A DNA stretch of 64,000 nucleotides from an uncultured delta proteobacterium (GCA_963796685.1 CAWCMR010000013.1:160001-224000); one strand, 5' to 3'; counted from the first letter of the stretch, positions 20,886-34,299 are shown. Notes: generated by a model from the sequence alone, not told the origin. Numbers and translations: made by a program.

Positions 20886-21767
20886 ATGGAAGATTCAAGA
20901 CCCGTGATTGGCCAGGTGGAGATTCGGCGGACCAAAACGCGGGCTGTGCGAGCGTCTTCGACGACCTCTGGTGACAGTTGGCTCGCCCGTGGCAGGTATG
21001 TGGCGTTCGGGGTGTCCTGGGAAGTGCGCGCCGATGATGTCTCGGCCTACCATCTGTTGCTCGACCGGCTGCCCCCGGTCGCCTCACCGACCAGCAGCAA
21101 GAGCACGATGCGCTGCTATGCCTTTCGCACCTTGCCCTCCAAGATCTCGGACGGCGAAGTGAGCTATCTGCTGACCGCCGATGGTCGACCGCTGGTGCGA
21201 TCTTCCGAGCCGACCGATATCGCCGAGGCATTCGAGGAAGATCTCAAGTGGTTCGTGGCCGAGCGTTCGCCGCGCAGGGTGTTTCTGAACGCGGGGGTGG
21301 TGGGGTGGCGCGATCGCGCGATCCTGATTCCGGGCGGTCCACATTCTGGCAAGAGCACGCTCGTGCGGGCCCTGGTCGGGTGTGGAGCGACCTACTTCTC
21401 CGACGAGTATGCCGTCCTGGAGGGCAACATGGTCCAACCTTTCCCGGCGAGGCTGCCGAATTGGTCGGCCCCCGGCACGTCGTTGTCCTATTGGCTGGAC
21501 GAGTTCAACAGCACCCGTGCTCCCGCGCCTGTGCCGGTCGGCTTGGTGCTGTTCGCCCCTCATCAGGCGGGGGCCGTATTCAAACCGCGACTGCTGTCGC
21601 GCGGCAAGTCCCTGCTCGGCATGTTCAAGCACGCTGTGGCGGCGCAGCGTCATCCCGAGAGGGTGCTGAAGACGCTTGAAACCATCACCCGTCGCTGCAA
21701 CGCCCTTGAGGGGGTGCGCGGAGATGCCCAAGCCGCCGCGACCTATTTGCTCGAACGGCTAGTCTAG
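20886..21767 (+). CDS. HPr kinase-related P-loop protein
   Basis: FLNAGVVGWRDRAILIPGGPHSGKSTL...YFSDEYAVL matches the HprK C-terminal domain pattern. Confidence 0.7.
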   Translation: MEDSRPVIGQVEIRRTKTRAVRASSTTSGDSWLARGRYVAFGVSWEVRADDVSAYHLLLDRLPPVASPTSSKSTMRCYAFRTLPSKISDGEVSYLLTADGRPLVRSSEPTDIAEAFEEDLKWFVAERSPRRVFLNAGVVGWRDRAILIPGGPHSGKSTLVRALVGCGATYFSDEYAVLEGNMVQPFPARLPNWSAPGTSLSYWLDEFNSTRAPAPVPVGLVLFAPHQAGAVFKPRLLSRGKSLLGMFKHAVAAQRHPERVLKTLETITRRCNALEGVRGDAQAAATYLLERLV

Positions 21768-21773
21768 AGACGG

Positions 21774-21885
21774 AGGTTCCTGCAAGACCGACAAAGAACG
21801 CAGAGAAAGACCCCCCATAGCACTCCTCCCCGGTCCCGTTCCCCAAGTCTTTCTCTGTGTTCTCTGTTGGTTTTGAAAAGGACCT
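21774..21885 (+). repeat. Long imperfect intergenic inverted repeat between convergent genes
   Basis: Arms AGGTTCCTGCAAGACCGACAAAGAACGCAGAGAAAGAC and GTCTTTCTCTGTGTTCTCTGTTGGTTTTGAAAAGGACCT. Confidence 0.7.
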
Positions 21886-21898
21886 GACTCTGGGCGTA

Positions 21899-24058
21899 TC
21901 AGGTTCCTTGCGATGCCAGGCGGGCCAAGCGCCGAAGCAGATCGGGCAGGGATTGCACCCGCGCGCGCTCTGGGGGCGTCAGGAGGGCGAGCGCATCTTC
22001 CTGTGACTCGGCCTTGAGAATCTTCAGCTCGGCCGTGGCCTGGACCGCGTCGGCTGCATGATCCGTCGTCGCGGTCTCCGGGCAATCGGTCAGGGCCAGG
22101 TGGCGCTGCAGAAGCGCGGAGTCCCGGACAATCGCGCCCAGGTCGGGGGTCCGGGCCAGGGCTTCTCGATAGGCGGGATAGGCTTCGTGGGCGCGCCGGC
22201 AAACCGGGGGCGGCTCGGCCTCGTGGGGCGTACGCAAAAGCCCGGCGCGCTGGCACCATCGGCCGGCCATGGAGGAGGAGGCCAGGCGCGAGAGCGGAAT
22301 GGAGAGCACCATGCCGACGACGGCGGGCGACAGCCAGGCCAGCATCTGCCACGAGATGGCGAGACCGCCCGCGGCGAGGGTCGCGCCAATCAGGGTATGC
22401 CAGCGATGGTAGCGCCCCGCCTGTGACCAGGGCAAGGAGTCTCCCTCCCGCTGCTGCGGACGCCATCCGGAATCGTGTCCGAGCAGCACCGACGCCACCA
22501 CGCCGCAGTGGATGAGCATCAGCACCGGGGCGACGAGCGCCGACGCCACGACCTCGAACAGGAAGCTCAAGGGCAACATCCAGCCGCTGCCGCGCAGGCG
22601 CCGCCAGCGACAGACGAATGCCAGCAGCCCGAGCAGCTTGGGGCCGAGCACGATGGCCATGGTCATCACGAACAGGCGCAAGGCGCGTGCCGGATCGAGA
22701 TGCGGCCACAGCGGAAAGAGCGTGTGACCGCGAACGAAGTAGGCGTGTCGTGCGAATTCGTACTGCACCCCGAGGCCGAACGCCGCGAGAAGGAAGATGA
22801 GCCAGACCGGTGACGAGAGATAAGAGAAGATGCCGATGAGGAGATGCAGCCGGCTCACCCAGTGCAGTCCCTTGCCGGTGAGCACACGCACGTGCTGGAG
22901 ATTGCCTTGACACCAGCGCCGGTCGCGCACCGCCATCTCGACCAGGGAGGACGGGCATTCCTCGAACGAGCCCGGCAAGTCGTCGGCGATCACCACCTTC
23001 CAGCCGGCGCGCCGGATGAGCGCTGCTTCCACGAAGTCGTGGCTCAGGATGGCCCCGCCGAGGGGAGGCTTGCCCGACAGCTCGGGCAAGCCCGCGGACT
23101 GCATGAAGGCCTGCGTGCGCAGGACGGCGTTGTGCCCCCAGAAGGTGCCTTCGTTTCCCGTCCACCAGGCGAGGCCCGCGCTCAGCACCGGACCATAGAG
23201 GGTGGCCGCGAGCTGCTGCACGCGCGCGAGCAGGCTCTTGCCGTCGTGCAACTGCGGCACGGTCTGGATGAGGCCGGCATCCGGATCATTCTCCATCCTG
23301 CGCACGAGATCGATCATGGTCTGCCCGGCCATGAGGCTGTCTGCGTCGAGCGGCAGGAGATGGTCGTAGGCGGCCCCCCAGCGCAGGCAGAATTCCCGGA
23401 TGTTGCCCGGTTTTCGTGCCGTGTTGTGCAGGCGCCGCCGATAATACACGTGGATGCCGTCACGCAAGCGGCGGCGCAACGCCCATACCATCTCTTGTTC
23501 GGCGAGCGCGAGCTCGGCATCGGTCGTGTCGCTGAGGACGAACAGGTCGAAGGCATGGCCCTGGCCCAGGGCGACGAGCTCGGCCCCCATCGCCTCCAGG
23601 CCGGCGCCCACCCGTGCCGCATTCTCGTGGTGGATGGGCATGAGGACCGCGGTGTGCGTGCCGAGCGGCGCTTGCCTTTCGCTGGCGCTCTGCCTGCGCA
23701 GCACGATGCGGGCCAGTCCGACGATGGCGGCCACGAGCGGCAACGAGATCCAAAGAATGTTGATGACGAACAGCACCAGCACCACGATTTCGAGCGGAGT
23801 CAGCCCATCCACGTCGAGCACCAGGCGCATCTGGTTGCCGGCGAGGCCGCTCACCAGCGCCGCGCCGCCGAGCACGAGCAGCCGGCGCGCCGTCCGCGAG
23901 CGCAAGGCACGATTGCCTGCGGGTTGCCGACGTTGCGTCCGGTCGAAGCGGGCGAACGTCTGAACCGGCATGGTGCCAGGTGCCTCGGGCGGCATCCCCT
24001 TGTCCGCGGAGACCAGCGCTCCCGCGCAACCGCCGATGGAGCCTATGCCTTCGGCCAT
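21899..24058 (-). CDS. opgH: Glucans biosynthesis glucosyltransferase H
   Basis: TAVLMPIHHE, FVLSDT, YRRR..N..RKPGNI, LDADSLM, FWGHNAVLRT, ILSHDFVEAAL, RDRRWCQGNLQH. Confidence 0.95.
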   Translation of the reverse strand: MAEGIGSIGGCAGALVSADKGMPPEAPGTMPVQTFARFDRTQRRQPAGNRALRSRTARRLLVLGGAALVSGLAGNQMRLVLDVDGLTPLEIVVLVLFVINILWISLPLVAAIVGLARIVLRRQSASERQAPLGTHTAVLMPIHHENAARVGAGLEAMGAELVALGQGHAFDLFVLSDTTDAELALAEQEMVWALRRRLRDGIHVYYRRRLHNTARKPGNIREFCLRWGAAYDHLLPLDADSLMAGQTMIDLVRRMENDPDAGLIQTVPQLHDGKSLLARVQQLAATLYGPVLSAGLAWWTGNEGTFWGHNAVLRTQAFMQSAGLPELSGKPPLGGAILSHDFVEAALIRRAGWKVVIADDLPGSFEECPSSLVEMAVRDRRWCQGNLQHVRVLTGKGLHWVSRLHLLIGIFSYLSSPVWLIFLLAAFGLGVQYEFARHAYFVRGHTLFPLWPHLDPARALRLFVMTMAIVLGPKLLGLLAFVCRWRRLRGSGWMLPLSFLFEVVASALVAPVLMLIHCGVVASVLLGHDSGWRPQQREGDSLPWSQAGRYHRWHTLIGATLAAGGLAISWQMLAWLSPAVVGMVLSIPLSRLASSSMAGRWCQRAGLLRTPHEAEPPPVCRRAHEAYPAYREALARTPDLGAIVRDSALLQRHLALTDCPETATTDHAADAVQATAELKILKAESQEDALALLTPPERARVQSLPDLLRRLARLASQGT

Positions 24059-24326
24059 CGTGCCAGCTCCATCTCGGTGTCGTGGGCCTGCCACGCTCGT
24101 TGCAAGGGCGACATCCTCCTTCCTTCCCCTCAATGAGGGACCTATCGGACAGATGTCTTGCAAGGGCGCCAGGTCGCACACCGAGTTGCGAGAATCGTTC
24201 GCTGTAGACGGTCGAAGTCGGCCACGGAATCGGACAGCACGCGTGGCGGACGCGCGGTACGCGTGCCAGGCTCACGACTCATGGGTGCGACGGCGGTGTG
24301 GCCGGCGGGCGCACAGGTGCATTGGC

Positions 24327-25922
24327 ATGGGTATCGCTTGGACGCGTCGGAAGCTTCTGCAGGCCTCGCTCGCGGCGGGGCTGTCGGCCAGGAACGTCCG
24401 GGCGTGGGCGCGCGCGGCCGCCCGAAACGTCGGGGACGAATACCTAGGCCCACCGCAGAAGTTCGACTTCGCATCGCTTCGCGAACGGGCGAGGCAGCTC
24501 GCGGCTCGACCTTTTCGGCCCGCGCAGATCCGGGACGCATCGGTCATCGAGAAGATCACCTTCGACGTCTCCCAGCACATCCGCTTCCGCCCCGAACACG
24601 CCCTGCATTGGCCCAAGGGCGCATTCCCGGTCGAGCTCTTCCACCTCGACCGCGACGTTCCCCTGCCGGTAGATATCCACGTGGTGCAGGACAATCAGGC
24701 TCGCCGTGTGCTCTATGCGCCGTCCTGCTTCGATTACGACGCTACCGGGCTCGCCACACGTCTTCCGCGCGACCTCGGCTTCTCCGGATTCCGCGCGATG
24801 ACCCCCCCGGGGTTGCAAGGCGACTGGCTGGCCTTCCAGGGCGCGTCCTACTTTCGCAGCGCCGGGCCCTTGAATCAGTACGGCCAGTCCGCGCGCGGCA
24901 TCGCGGTCGACACCACGGTGCCGGGGCGCAAGGAGGAATTTCCCCGCTTCGTCGCCTTCTGGCTCGCCGAGGTTCCGGGCGAGCCGCGTCTCACGGTCTA
25001 TGCGCTCTTGGACGGTCCCAGCCTGGCTGGCGCCTACCGTTTCGACTGCAGCGATCGCGGGGTCGTCGTGATGGACGTGCACGCCGAGCTGTTCCAGCGT
25101 GCGGCCATCGAGCAACTCGGCATCGCCCCCTTGACCAGCATGTACTGGTACAGCGAGACCAACCAGCGCCTGGGCCCTGACTGGAGGCCCGAGATTCACG
25201 ACTCCGACGGCTTGGCCATGTGGACCGGCAGGGGTGAACGCATCTGGCGCCCGCTCAACAATCCACCTGTGCCACGAACCAACACGTTCCTCGACCACGA
25301 TCCGAAGGGGTTCGGGCTGCTGCAGCGCGATCGCAACTTCGACCACTATCTCGACGACGGCGCGTACTACGATCGCCGACCCTCCGTCTGGGTCGAGCCG
25401 AAGGGCTCGTGGGGCGGCGGCGCGATCACCCTGCTCGAGCTGCCCACCGACACGGAGATCGAGGACAACATCGTCGCCTTCTGGCACCCCGACCGCCACG
25501 CGGGTGCGGGCATGCAGTGGGTGTTGGATTATCGCCTGCACTGGGTCGCGGAGGAGCCTTTCCCTTCCCCGCTCGCCCGGGTCGTCGCGACGCGCCTTGG
25601 CCGGCCGGGAAGACCCGGACCCCTGCGAGCGGAAGAGCAGCGGGGGCGCAAGCTGGTGGTGGAGTTTTCCGGCGGGCCGCTGGCCGGCATGGCCCAGCGC
25701 TTCGACCTGACCCTGGTGGCGACGGCATCCCGGGGGACGGTGGCGAACACCCATGTCCTCAAGATCCTGGGCACCGATCGCTGGCGGGCCGAGCTCGACC
25801 TCACGGTTTCCGGCCCGGAGCCCGTGGACCTTCGCTGCTATCTGCGCTTGGGCGCAACCACGCTGAGCGAGACGTGGCTCTATCAATACCTTCCAGGGCA
25901 CTACGGCTTCGACTGCCGGTAG
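24327..25922 (+). CDS. opgD: Periplasmic glucan biosynthesis protein D/G with Tat signal
   Basis: TRRKLLQ Tat signal, FQGASYFR, YGQSARGIAVDT, EEFPRF, DWRPEIHDSDGL, DNIVAFW, LSETWLYQ. Confidence 0.88.
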   Translation: MGIAWTRRKLLQASLAAGLSARNVRAWARAAARNVGDEYLGPPQKFDFASLRERARQLAARPFRPAQIRDASVIEKITFDVSQHIRFRPEHALHWPKGAFPVELFHLDRDVPLPVDIHVVQDNQARRVLYAPSCFDYDATGLATRLPRDLGFSGFRAMTPPGLQGDWLAFQGASYFRSAGPLNQYGQSARGIAVDTTVPGRKEEFPRFVAFWLAEVPGEPRLTVYALLDGPSLAGAYRFDCSDRGVVVMDVHAELFQRAAIEQLGIAPLTSMYWYSETNQRLGPDWRPEIHDSDGLAMWTGRGERIWRPLNNPPVPRTNTFLDHDPKGFGLLQRDRNFDHYLDDGAYYDRRPSVWVEPKGSWGGGAITLLELPTDTEIEDNIVAFWHPDRHAGAGMQWVLDYRLHWVAEEPFPSPLARVVATRLGRPGRPGPLRAEEQRGRKLVVEFSGGPLAGMAQRFDLTLVATASRGTVANTHVLKILGTDRWRAELDLTVSGPEPVDLRCYLRLGATTLSETWLYQYLPGHYGFDCR

Positions 25923-26004
25923 GTTCTGCCGCCCCAGAACAAAAGGAGATCTCTAAGGAAGCCAGGAAGCCAGGAATGGGAGTACGGCTTGTTCGCGACT
26001 AGAA

Positions 26005-27412
26005 CTAGAGTCGGAGCCTCTCGCCGGGGGCAGGCGCCGTGACGGTCGGGAACCCAAGCTCCGCCAGCTTGCTCATGAGCGTCGCTTGAGCCGGAGGCTC
26101 GCCGTGGACCAGGAGCACCTGGCGCAGCTTGCCCTGCTCGCGCACGGCCTCGGCGAACTCGAGCAGAATCCTTCTGGTCGGCGTGGGCAGAGAAGCCGTT
26201 GAGCGCGACCACCTCCGCAGCCAGTCGGCGCATGACCCCGAAGACCCGGACCTCGCGCTGATGTTCGAGGATGCGCCGGCCGAGGGTGTGCTGGGCCTGG
26301 AAGCCCACGATGAGGATGGTGTTGCGCTGGTCTTCGACGCCTTCGCGCAGGTGGTGCAGGATGCGGCCGGCTTCGCACATCCCGCTGGCAGCGATGATGA
26401 TGCATGGGCCGGGCTGGGCCGCGATGGCTTTGGACTCTTCCTTGTCCGAAACATAGTGAAGACCGTCGAACTCGAAGGGCGGATCGCCCCCGACCAGCCG
26501 GGCGTAGGTCTGCTTATCGTAACACTCGGGGTGCATCTTGAAGACGTCGGTCAGCTTCACCGTGAGCGGCGAGTCCACGTACACCGGAATGCTCGGCACC
26601 TTCTGGGCGGCGCGCAGCCGCTTGAGCGCGTAGACGACCTCCTGCGCGCGCTCGAGGGCGAAGGCCGGAATCAGGATCTTGCCGCCGCGTCGGACCGTGC
26701 GGTTCACGGCCTCGGCCAAGGCGTTGTCGACTTCTTCGATGGGCGCATGCCTGCGGTCGCCGTAGGTGCTCTCGCTGATGAGGCAGTTGATGCCAGTGGG
26801 GATCTCGGGCTCGCGCAGGATGGGCAGCCCCTTGCGGCCCAGGTCCACGGCGTAGGCGACGCGCACATGCGTGCCGTCGTCTTCCACGTCGAGCACGACG
26901 ATCGAGCTACCTAGCACGTGGCCGGCGTCGAGGAGCTTGAGCACGATGCCGGGGGCGATGGTGTGCGCGCGCCGGTAGGGCAGGCCGATGATCTGCCCGA
27001 GCAGGCCGGTGACGTCGTCATGGTTGTAAAGCGGCTCCACCGGCTCCATGTCGAGCCGATCGCGCTCGATCAGTTTCTGGATGTGATGCGCGTCCGCTTC
27101 CTGAATCATGGCCGCGTCGAGCAGCATGGGCGTGCACAGATCGCGCGTCGCCGGGGTCGCGTAGACCGGTCCACGGTAGCCCCGTTTGTGCAGCAAGGGA
27201 AGGAGCCCCGCGTGATCGATGTGGGCGTGCGAGAGCACGACGGCGTCGATTTCATCCACGGGAACTTGCAGCGCGCGGTTGCGCTCGTTCGATTCCTTTC
27301 GGCGCCCCTGGAACATTCCGCAGTCGAGCAAGACCGCGGCTTTCGAGGTGCGAAGGATGTGTTTTGACCCGGTGACGCCGCGCGCGGCGCCGATGAATTC
27401 AAGTTCTATCAA
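26005..27412 (-). CDS. MBL-fold beta-CASP RNA-processing hydrolase; +1 frameshift near 26167
   Basis: GAARGVTGS, LDCGMFQG, SHAHIDHAG, AGHVLGS, ESTYG, GFSAHAD; C-terminus LLEFAE...LLVHGE is in the neighbouring frame. Confidence 0.88.
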
Positions 27413-28221
27413 TCGCCGCTCCTTTGGTAGAGGTACGTGGATCCGTGCTGTGCGTTGCGGGTCTTCGCGAAGGCTGGCGTGCCGGGTTGCATCTCGGGCG
27501 AAATGCCTCGCTGGAGCAACTCCTGCGCTTCGGCTGGCGTGCTCGCGAAACTAAAGAGGTCGAGGTCGTCCTTGCCGATCATGCCGTGCTTGACCAGGGC
27601 ATCGAAGTTGATGACTTCGGTCCAGTACTCCTTGCCGTACAGGATGACGGTCATTTTGCCCTCGAGCTTGCGCGTCTGCGACAGGGTCAGGATCTCCGAC
27701 ATCTCGTCGATGGTGCCGAAACCACCCGGAAAAACCACCACCGCGCGGGCCAGGTGCGCGAACCACAGCTTGCGCATGAAGAAGTAGTGGAACTCGAACG
27801 AGAGATCCGGGGTGATGTAGCAGTTCGCGCTCTGTTCCTCGGGTAGGCTGATGTTGAGGCCGATGGTGCGGCCACCCGCCTCGGCGGCGCCGCGGTTGGC
27901 GGCTTCCATGATGCCGTGCCCGCCACCCGAGCAAACGAGGAAGCGGGGAGTACCGGGAGGTAGCGCGTTTGTCCACGCGGTGTACAGCCGCGCCAGCTCG
28001 CGGGCGTCGGCGTAGTAGCGGCCGAGCGGTCCGTGCTCGGCCAAGCGGGCGGAACCGAAGAAGACCACGGTTCCATGCACTTTCTCCTGCTCGAAGCGGT
28101 GCAGGGGTTCGAGATACTCGGCTAGGATGCGCAGGGTGCGGGCTTCGTCGCTGTCGAGGAATGCTTCGTTCTTGTAGGCGAGAGGGTGGTGGGCCATGGC
28201 TTTCGGTTTGGATTCGTTCAT
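27409..28221 (-). CDS. LOG family (TIGR00730-type) protein
   Basis: VFFGSAR, SGGGHGIMEAANRGA, FHYFFMRK, PGGFGTIDE. Confidence 0.92.
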   Translation of the reverse strand: MNESKPKAMAHHPLAYKNEAFLDSDEARTLRILAEYLEPLHRFEQEKVHGTVVFFGSARLAEHGPLGRYYADARELARLYTAWTNALPPGTPRFLVCSGGGHGIMEAANRGAAEAGGRTIGLNISLPEEQSANCYITPDLSFEFHYFFMRKLWFAHLARAVVVFPGGFGTIDEMSEILTLSQTRKLEGKMTVILYGKEYWTEVINFDALVKHGMIGKDDLDLFSFASTPAEAQELLQRGISPEMQPGTPAFAKTRNAQHGSTYLYQRSGD

Positions 28222-28237
28222 CGATTGCTCCATCGCA

Positions 28238-28603
28238 TCAAAAGATGTATCGGTCGACCAGCCACGACAGGACCGTACCCGTCGCGGCGCCCACCACGTC
28301 CCAGGTGAGATCGCGCAGGGAAGCGTCGCCGCCAGCGTAGCGATCGTACACTTCCTTGGCGCCGCCCGCGGCAAGTGCAAGCCCAGCCCCTGCGCTCGCA
28401 CGAACGCCTTCCCGCTGGCTGAACAATCCCGCCCCCGCGTAACCGTCGCCCGCGATCATGAAACAAGCGGAGAAGTGAAGGGCCTTGTCCTGTCCCCACC
28501 ACGGATCGCGGTCCGTGGCATGGCACGGCGCGGACAAAAGGCAGAAGGAAAGAGCTGCAAGCGCGATTATTCCAAATCTTTCTGGTTCCGAGGCTTCGCG
28601 CAC
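28238..28603 (-). CDS. YfiM-like small membrane protein
   Basis: DPWWGQDKALHF...GGAKEVYD...ASLRDLTWDVVG. Confidence 0.65.
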   Translation of the reverse strand: MREASEPERFGIIALAALSFCLLSAPCHATDRDPWWGQDKALHFSACFMIAGDGYAGAGLFSQREGVRASAGAGLALAAGGAKEVYDRYAGGDASLRDLTWDVVGAATGTVLSWLVDRYIF

Positions 28604-28757
28604 TACAGGGTCATGATAACCGGCTTTTCGCGCTTTCGCCTATTCCTCGCCGCGAAAACGCCTCTTCGCCGCCCGAGGGTCGATTTTTACGCAAACTTGG
28701 CGCTGCGCGGAATTGACCCATTTTGCCCCCCATGTTATCGAAGGTAGACACTGGGTA

Positions 28758-30101
28758 ATGATGGGCAAGCGCATCCTGGTCGCGGACGACAGTCGTACGA
28801 TTCAACAGGCTTTCGCCATGGTGATGGACGGCTCGGGCTACGAGCTCTCCTTTGCCAAGTCGGTGGACGAGGCTCTGGCCATGGCCAGGCGGGACGGCAA
28901 GCCCGACCTCGTCGTGTCCGACGTCGCCCTTGGCAGTGGCAGCGGCTACGATCTTTGTGCGGGCCTCAAGGCCGACGCCGCCCTGCGGGAGGTGCCGGTC
29001 TATCTTCTGGCGTCCAGTCACAATCCTTACGACGACGCCCGCGGGCGCAAGGTGGGCGCCGACGGTCATCTTGCCAAGCCCTTCGAAAGCCAGGCCCTGC
29101 TCGATGCCGTGGCCTCGGTCTTGACGGCTCCTACCAGGTCGGTTGCGGGGGTGATGCCGGAGTTTTCGGCTGACTACGACGACAACACCGCGCGCATTTC
29201 CGCCAAGGATCTTCCGGTCGAGGACGACGACAGCTACGGCGAGATCACGATCGAGCGCGGCGCCCCTCCCGCACCTGCTGCCCCAGCTCAGCCTTTGCGG
29301 GTCGGGAAGCCGCCGAGCCGGCCGTCTGGCGCGCGCCCGATCCCTGCGCCCGGGGCCGCCGCGCCTGCTCCATTCGTCCCGCCATCGCCACGGCCGTCCC
29401 TGATTCCGGGCGCACGCCCGTCGGCTGCCATGCCGGTGGCCCGAACGGGCATGACCCCGCAGCCGACTCCTTCCATCCCCGCGCCCGGCGGGGGACGCAC
29501 TCCGCTCAATCGAACCATGATGGGGTTCCCCTCGGTCAAGCCGCCGGTCGTGAACAAGCCGGCCGCCTCCGTGACACCTGTTGCCCCGGCCGCGCCGATT
29601 CCGGCGCGGGCCACGCCGCCGGCTCCAGCGTCGGTCGCGTCGCGACCGCTGGTGATTGCGACGCCTCCCGCCCCCGCGGCGCCTTTGGCCAGGGCGGTTC
29701 TCCCGCTACCTTCGAGCGCAAGCCCCGCCGTGGCTTCGTCGCTACGTCCACCGGTCCCGCGCCTTTCGCCGCCGCCGCCCACGGTTCCCATGCCGGTAAC
29801 GCCACCGGACGATGCCCCGGTTACGCGCAAGGTGTCCACGCCCTTGCCGCCCGACGCGAGCGCTCCGAGCTCCGTGCTTCCATCGCAAGGCGGCCCGGAA
29901 TCTTCGCCAGGGTTTGCCGCAGCGGTGTCCGCGGCCGTGGATCACAAGGTCGCGCTGCTGGCCGCGCGCGGTCCCGAATACGAAGCCATCGCCAAGCTGT
30001 CTCGCGAGATCATCGAGCAGGTCGTGTGGGAAGTCGTACCCGAGCTCGCCGAGACGATCATTCGGCAAGAAATCGATCGTCTGGCGAGCGCGAAGAAGTA
30101 G
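28758..30101 (+). CDS. romR: Polarity response regulator RomR (receiver, Pro-rich linker, conserved C-terminal helix)
   Basis: Receiver ILVADDS...PDLVVSD...LAKPF, long Pro/Ala linker, C-terminus LSREIIEQVVWEVVPELAETIIRQEIDRL, directly upstream of valS as in myxobacteria. Confidence 0.85.
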   Translation: MMGKRILVADDSRTIQQAFAMVMDGSGYELSFAKSVDEALAMARRDGKPDLVVSDVALGSGSGYDLCAGLKADAALREVPVYLLASSHNPYDDARGRKVGADGHLAKPFESQALLDAVASVLTAPTRSVAGVMPEFSADYDDNTARISAKDLPVEDDDSYGEITIERGAPPAPAAPAQPLRVGKPPSRPSGARPIPAPGAAAPAPFVPPSPRPSLIPGARPSAAMPVARTGMTPQPTPSIPAPGGGRTPLNRTMMGFPSVKPPVVNKPAASVTPVAPAAPIPARATPPAPASVASRPLVIATPPAPAAPLARAVLPLPSSASPAVASSLRPPVPRLSPPPPTVPMPVTPPDDAPVTRKVSTPLPPDASAPSSVLPSQGGPESSPGFAAAVSAAVDHKVALLAARGPEYEAIAKLSREIIEQVVWEVVPELAETIIRQEIDRLASAKK

Positions 30102-30146
30102 CTTTCCGACTTCGATTTTTCCACTTTCCTCCGACAGGTTTTCGTC

Positions 30147-32837
<2,691 letters not shown>

Positions 32838-32926
32838 TCAAAGTCGCCTTTGTCGGCAAACCGCGTGGGCGAACCCTCGCAGGGAACCCTTGCAGGCCCT
32901 TGCAGGAACCCACCCAGGGTCCATTC

Positions 32927-33016
32927 CAGGGTTCCCATGATCGCGTAGGCGTAGCCGGGCTTTGCCCGGCGGAGCCAGAGCGCGGGAGGGTTTGGGAACC
33001 CTCCCAGGGTTCCCAT
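32927..33016 (-). repeat. Dispersed REP-like palindromic repeat, copy 1
   Basis: Reverse complement nearly identical to 61248-61334 (ATGGGAACCCT..GAGGGTTCCCAAACCCTCCCGCGCTCTGGCTCCGCCGGGC.AAGCCCGGC...CGCGATCATGGGAACC). Confidence 0.85.
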
Positions 33017-33017
33017 C

Positions 33018-34299
33018 TCATTCGTCGAACAAGACCTGATCGCTCGTGTCGCCGAGGGCTTCGTTGCGCGCGCCCGCCAGATCGGCGTTGGTCTTGCGCA
33101 GACGCTGACCCAGGACCTGCACGAAGCTCCACAGCAGCTTGACCGACATGCGCGGGAAGTTGCGGATGAGGTCGTTGAAGTCCCGTCGGCGCAGCACCAG
33201 CGCGCGTGAGACTTCTTCCGCCGTGGCGCTGACCGAGCGCGGGCCGTTGTCCACAAGCGCCATCTCGCCAAGATGGGCGCCCTGTCCGAGGTACGTGACC
33301 AGCGCGCCCTCCTTGTGCAGGCGCACCTTGCCGGACAGGATGATGAACAGCTCGCTGCCCGGCTCGTCCTCGGTGATGATCTCGTCGCCGACCTTGTAGT
33401 CCCGCACCTCGGTGAGGGCGAGAACACGCAGGATTTCCTTGTAGGTCAGGTGGCGGAACAGCGGCATCTGCTTGAGCACCTCGACCTTGCGGTTCAGCTC
33501 TTGCGAGCGCGCGTCCGCGGTCGGGGTGGTGTCGGCGTGAACGCGCAGGACCACGGCCGTGATGTTGTCGTGGCCGCCCCCCGTGTTGGCGTGGTCGATG
33601 AGCTTGCCCGGGATCGCGGTGATGCTCTCCTCGGAAAGCTGGCGCGAGATCTCCTTTTCATCGAGGTAGGAGTGGAGCCCATCGGAGCACAGCAGAAATT
33701 GGTCACCAGGCAGGACTTCCAGGTCGATGGTGTCGACCTGGACCGTTTCGTACACCCCGAGAGCGCGCGTGACCGCGTTCTTGTACGAGGCGTAGGGCGA
33801 TTTCGCCAGCGTCTCGCGCGTGACCTTGCCATGCCGGATCAGCTCGTTGATGAGCGAGTGATCCTCGGTCGAGCTGCACCGTCTGCCCGCTGCGCACCAT
33901 GTAGACGCGGCTGTCGCCGACATGGGCGATGAAACCGCGCTCGCCGATGAGCAAGAAGGCGGAGATGGTGGTGCCCATGCCGCGCTTCTCGGGCTCCTTC
34001 TGGCCGCGTTCGAAGATGGCCAGGCCCGCGGTCTGCACGGCATATTCGAGGACACCCAGCACGTCGTGCGTGGTGACTCCCGTGTCGTGACGCCCATAGG
34101 CGTCGATGATGTCGCGCCGGCTGTCCACCGCGCTGCGGAATTCGTTCACTGCCATCTGTGACGCGATCTCACCAGAGGCGTGGCCGCCCATGCCGTCTGC
34201 CACCACGAACAGGGACAGCTTCTGGTCCACGAGGAAGTTGTCCTCGTTGTGCGTGCGCTTGCGCCCTATGTCCGTTGCAGCCCAGAAGCTCAGGTCCAT
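33018..34299 (-). CDS. PP2C-family Ser/Thr phosphatase with C-terminal cNMP-binding domain; +1 frameshift near 33870
   Basis: TDIGRKRTHNED, VADGMGGH, HVGDSRVY, then TEDHSL, LLCSDGL, GGHDNIT; cNMP domain LGEMALVDNGPRSVSA. Confidence 0.88.
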
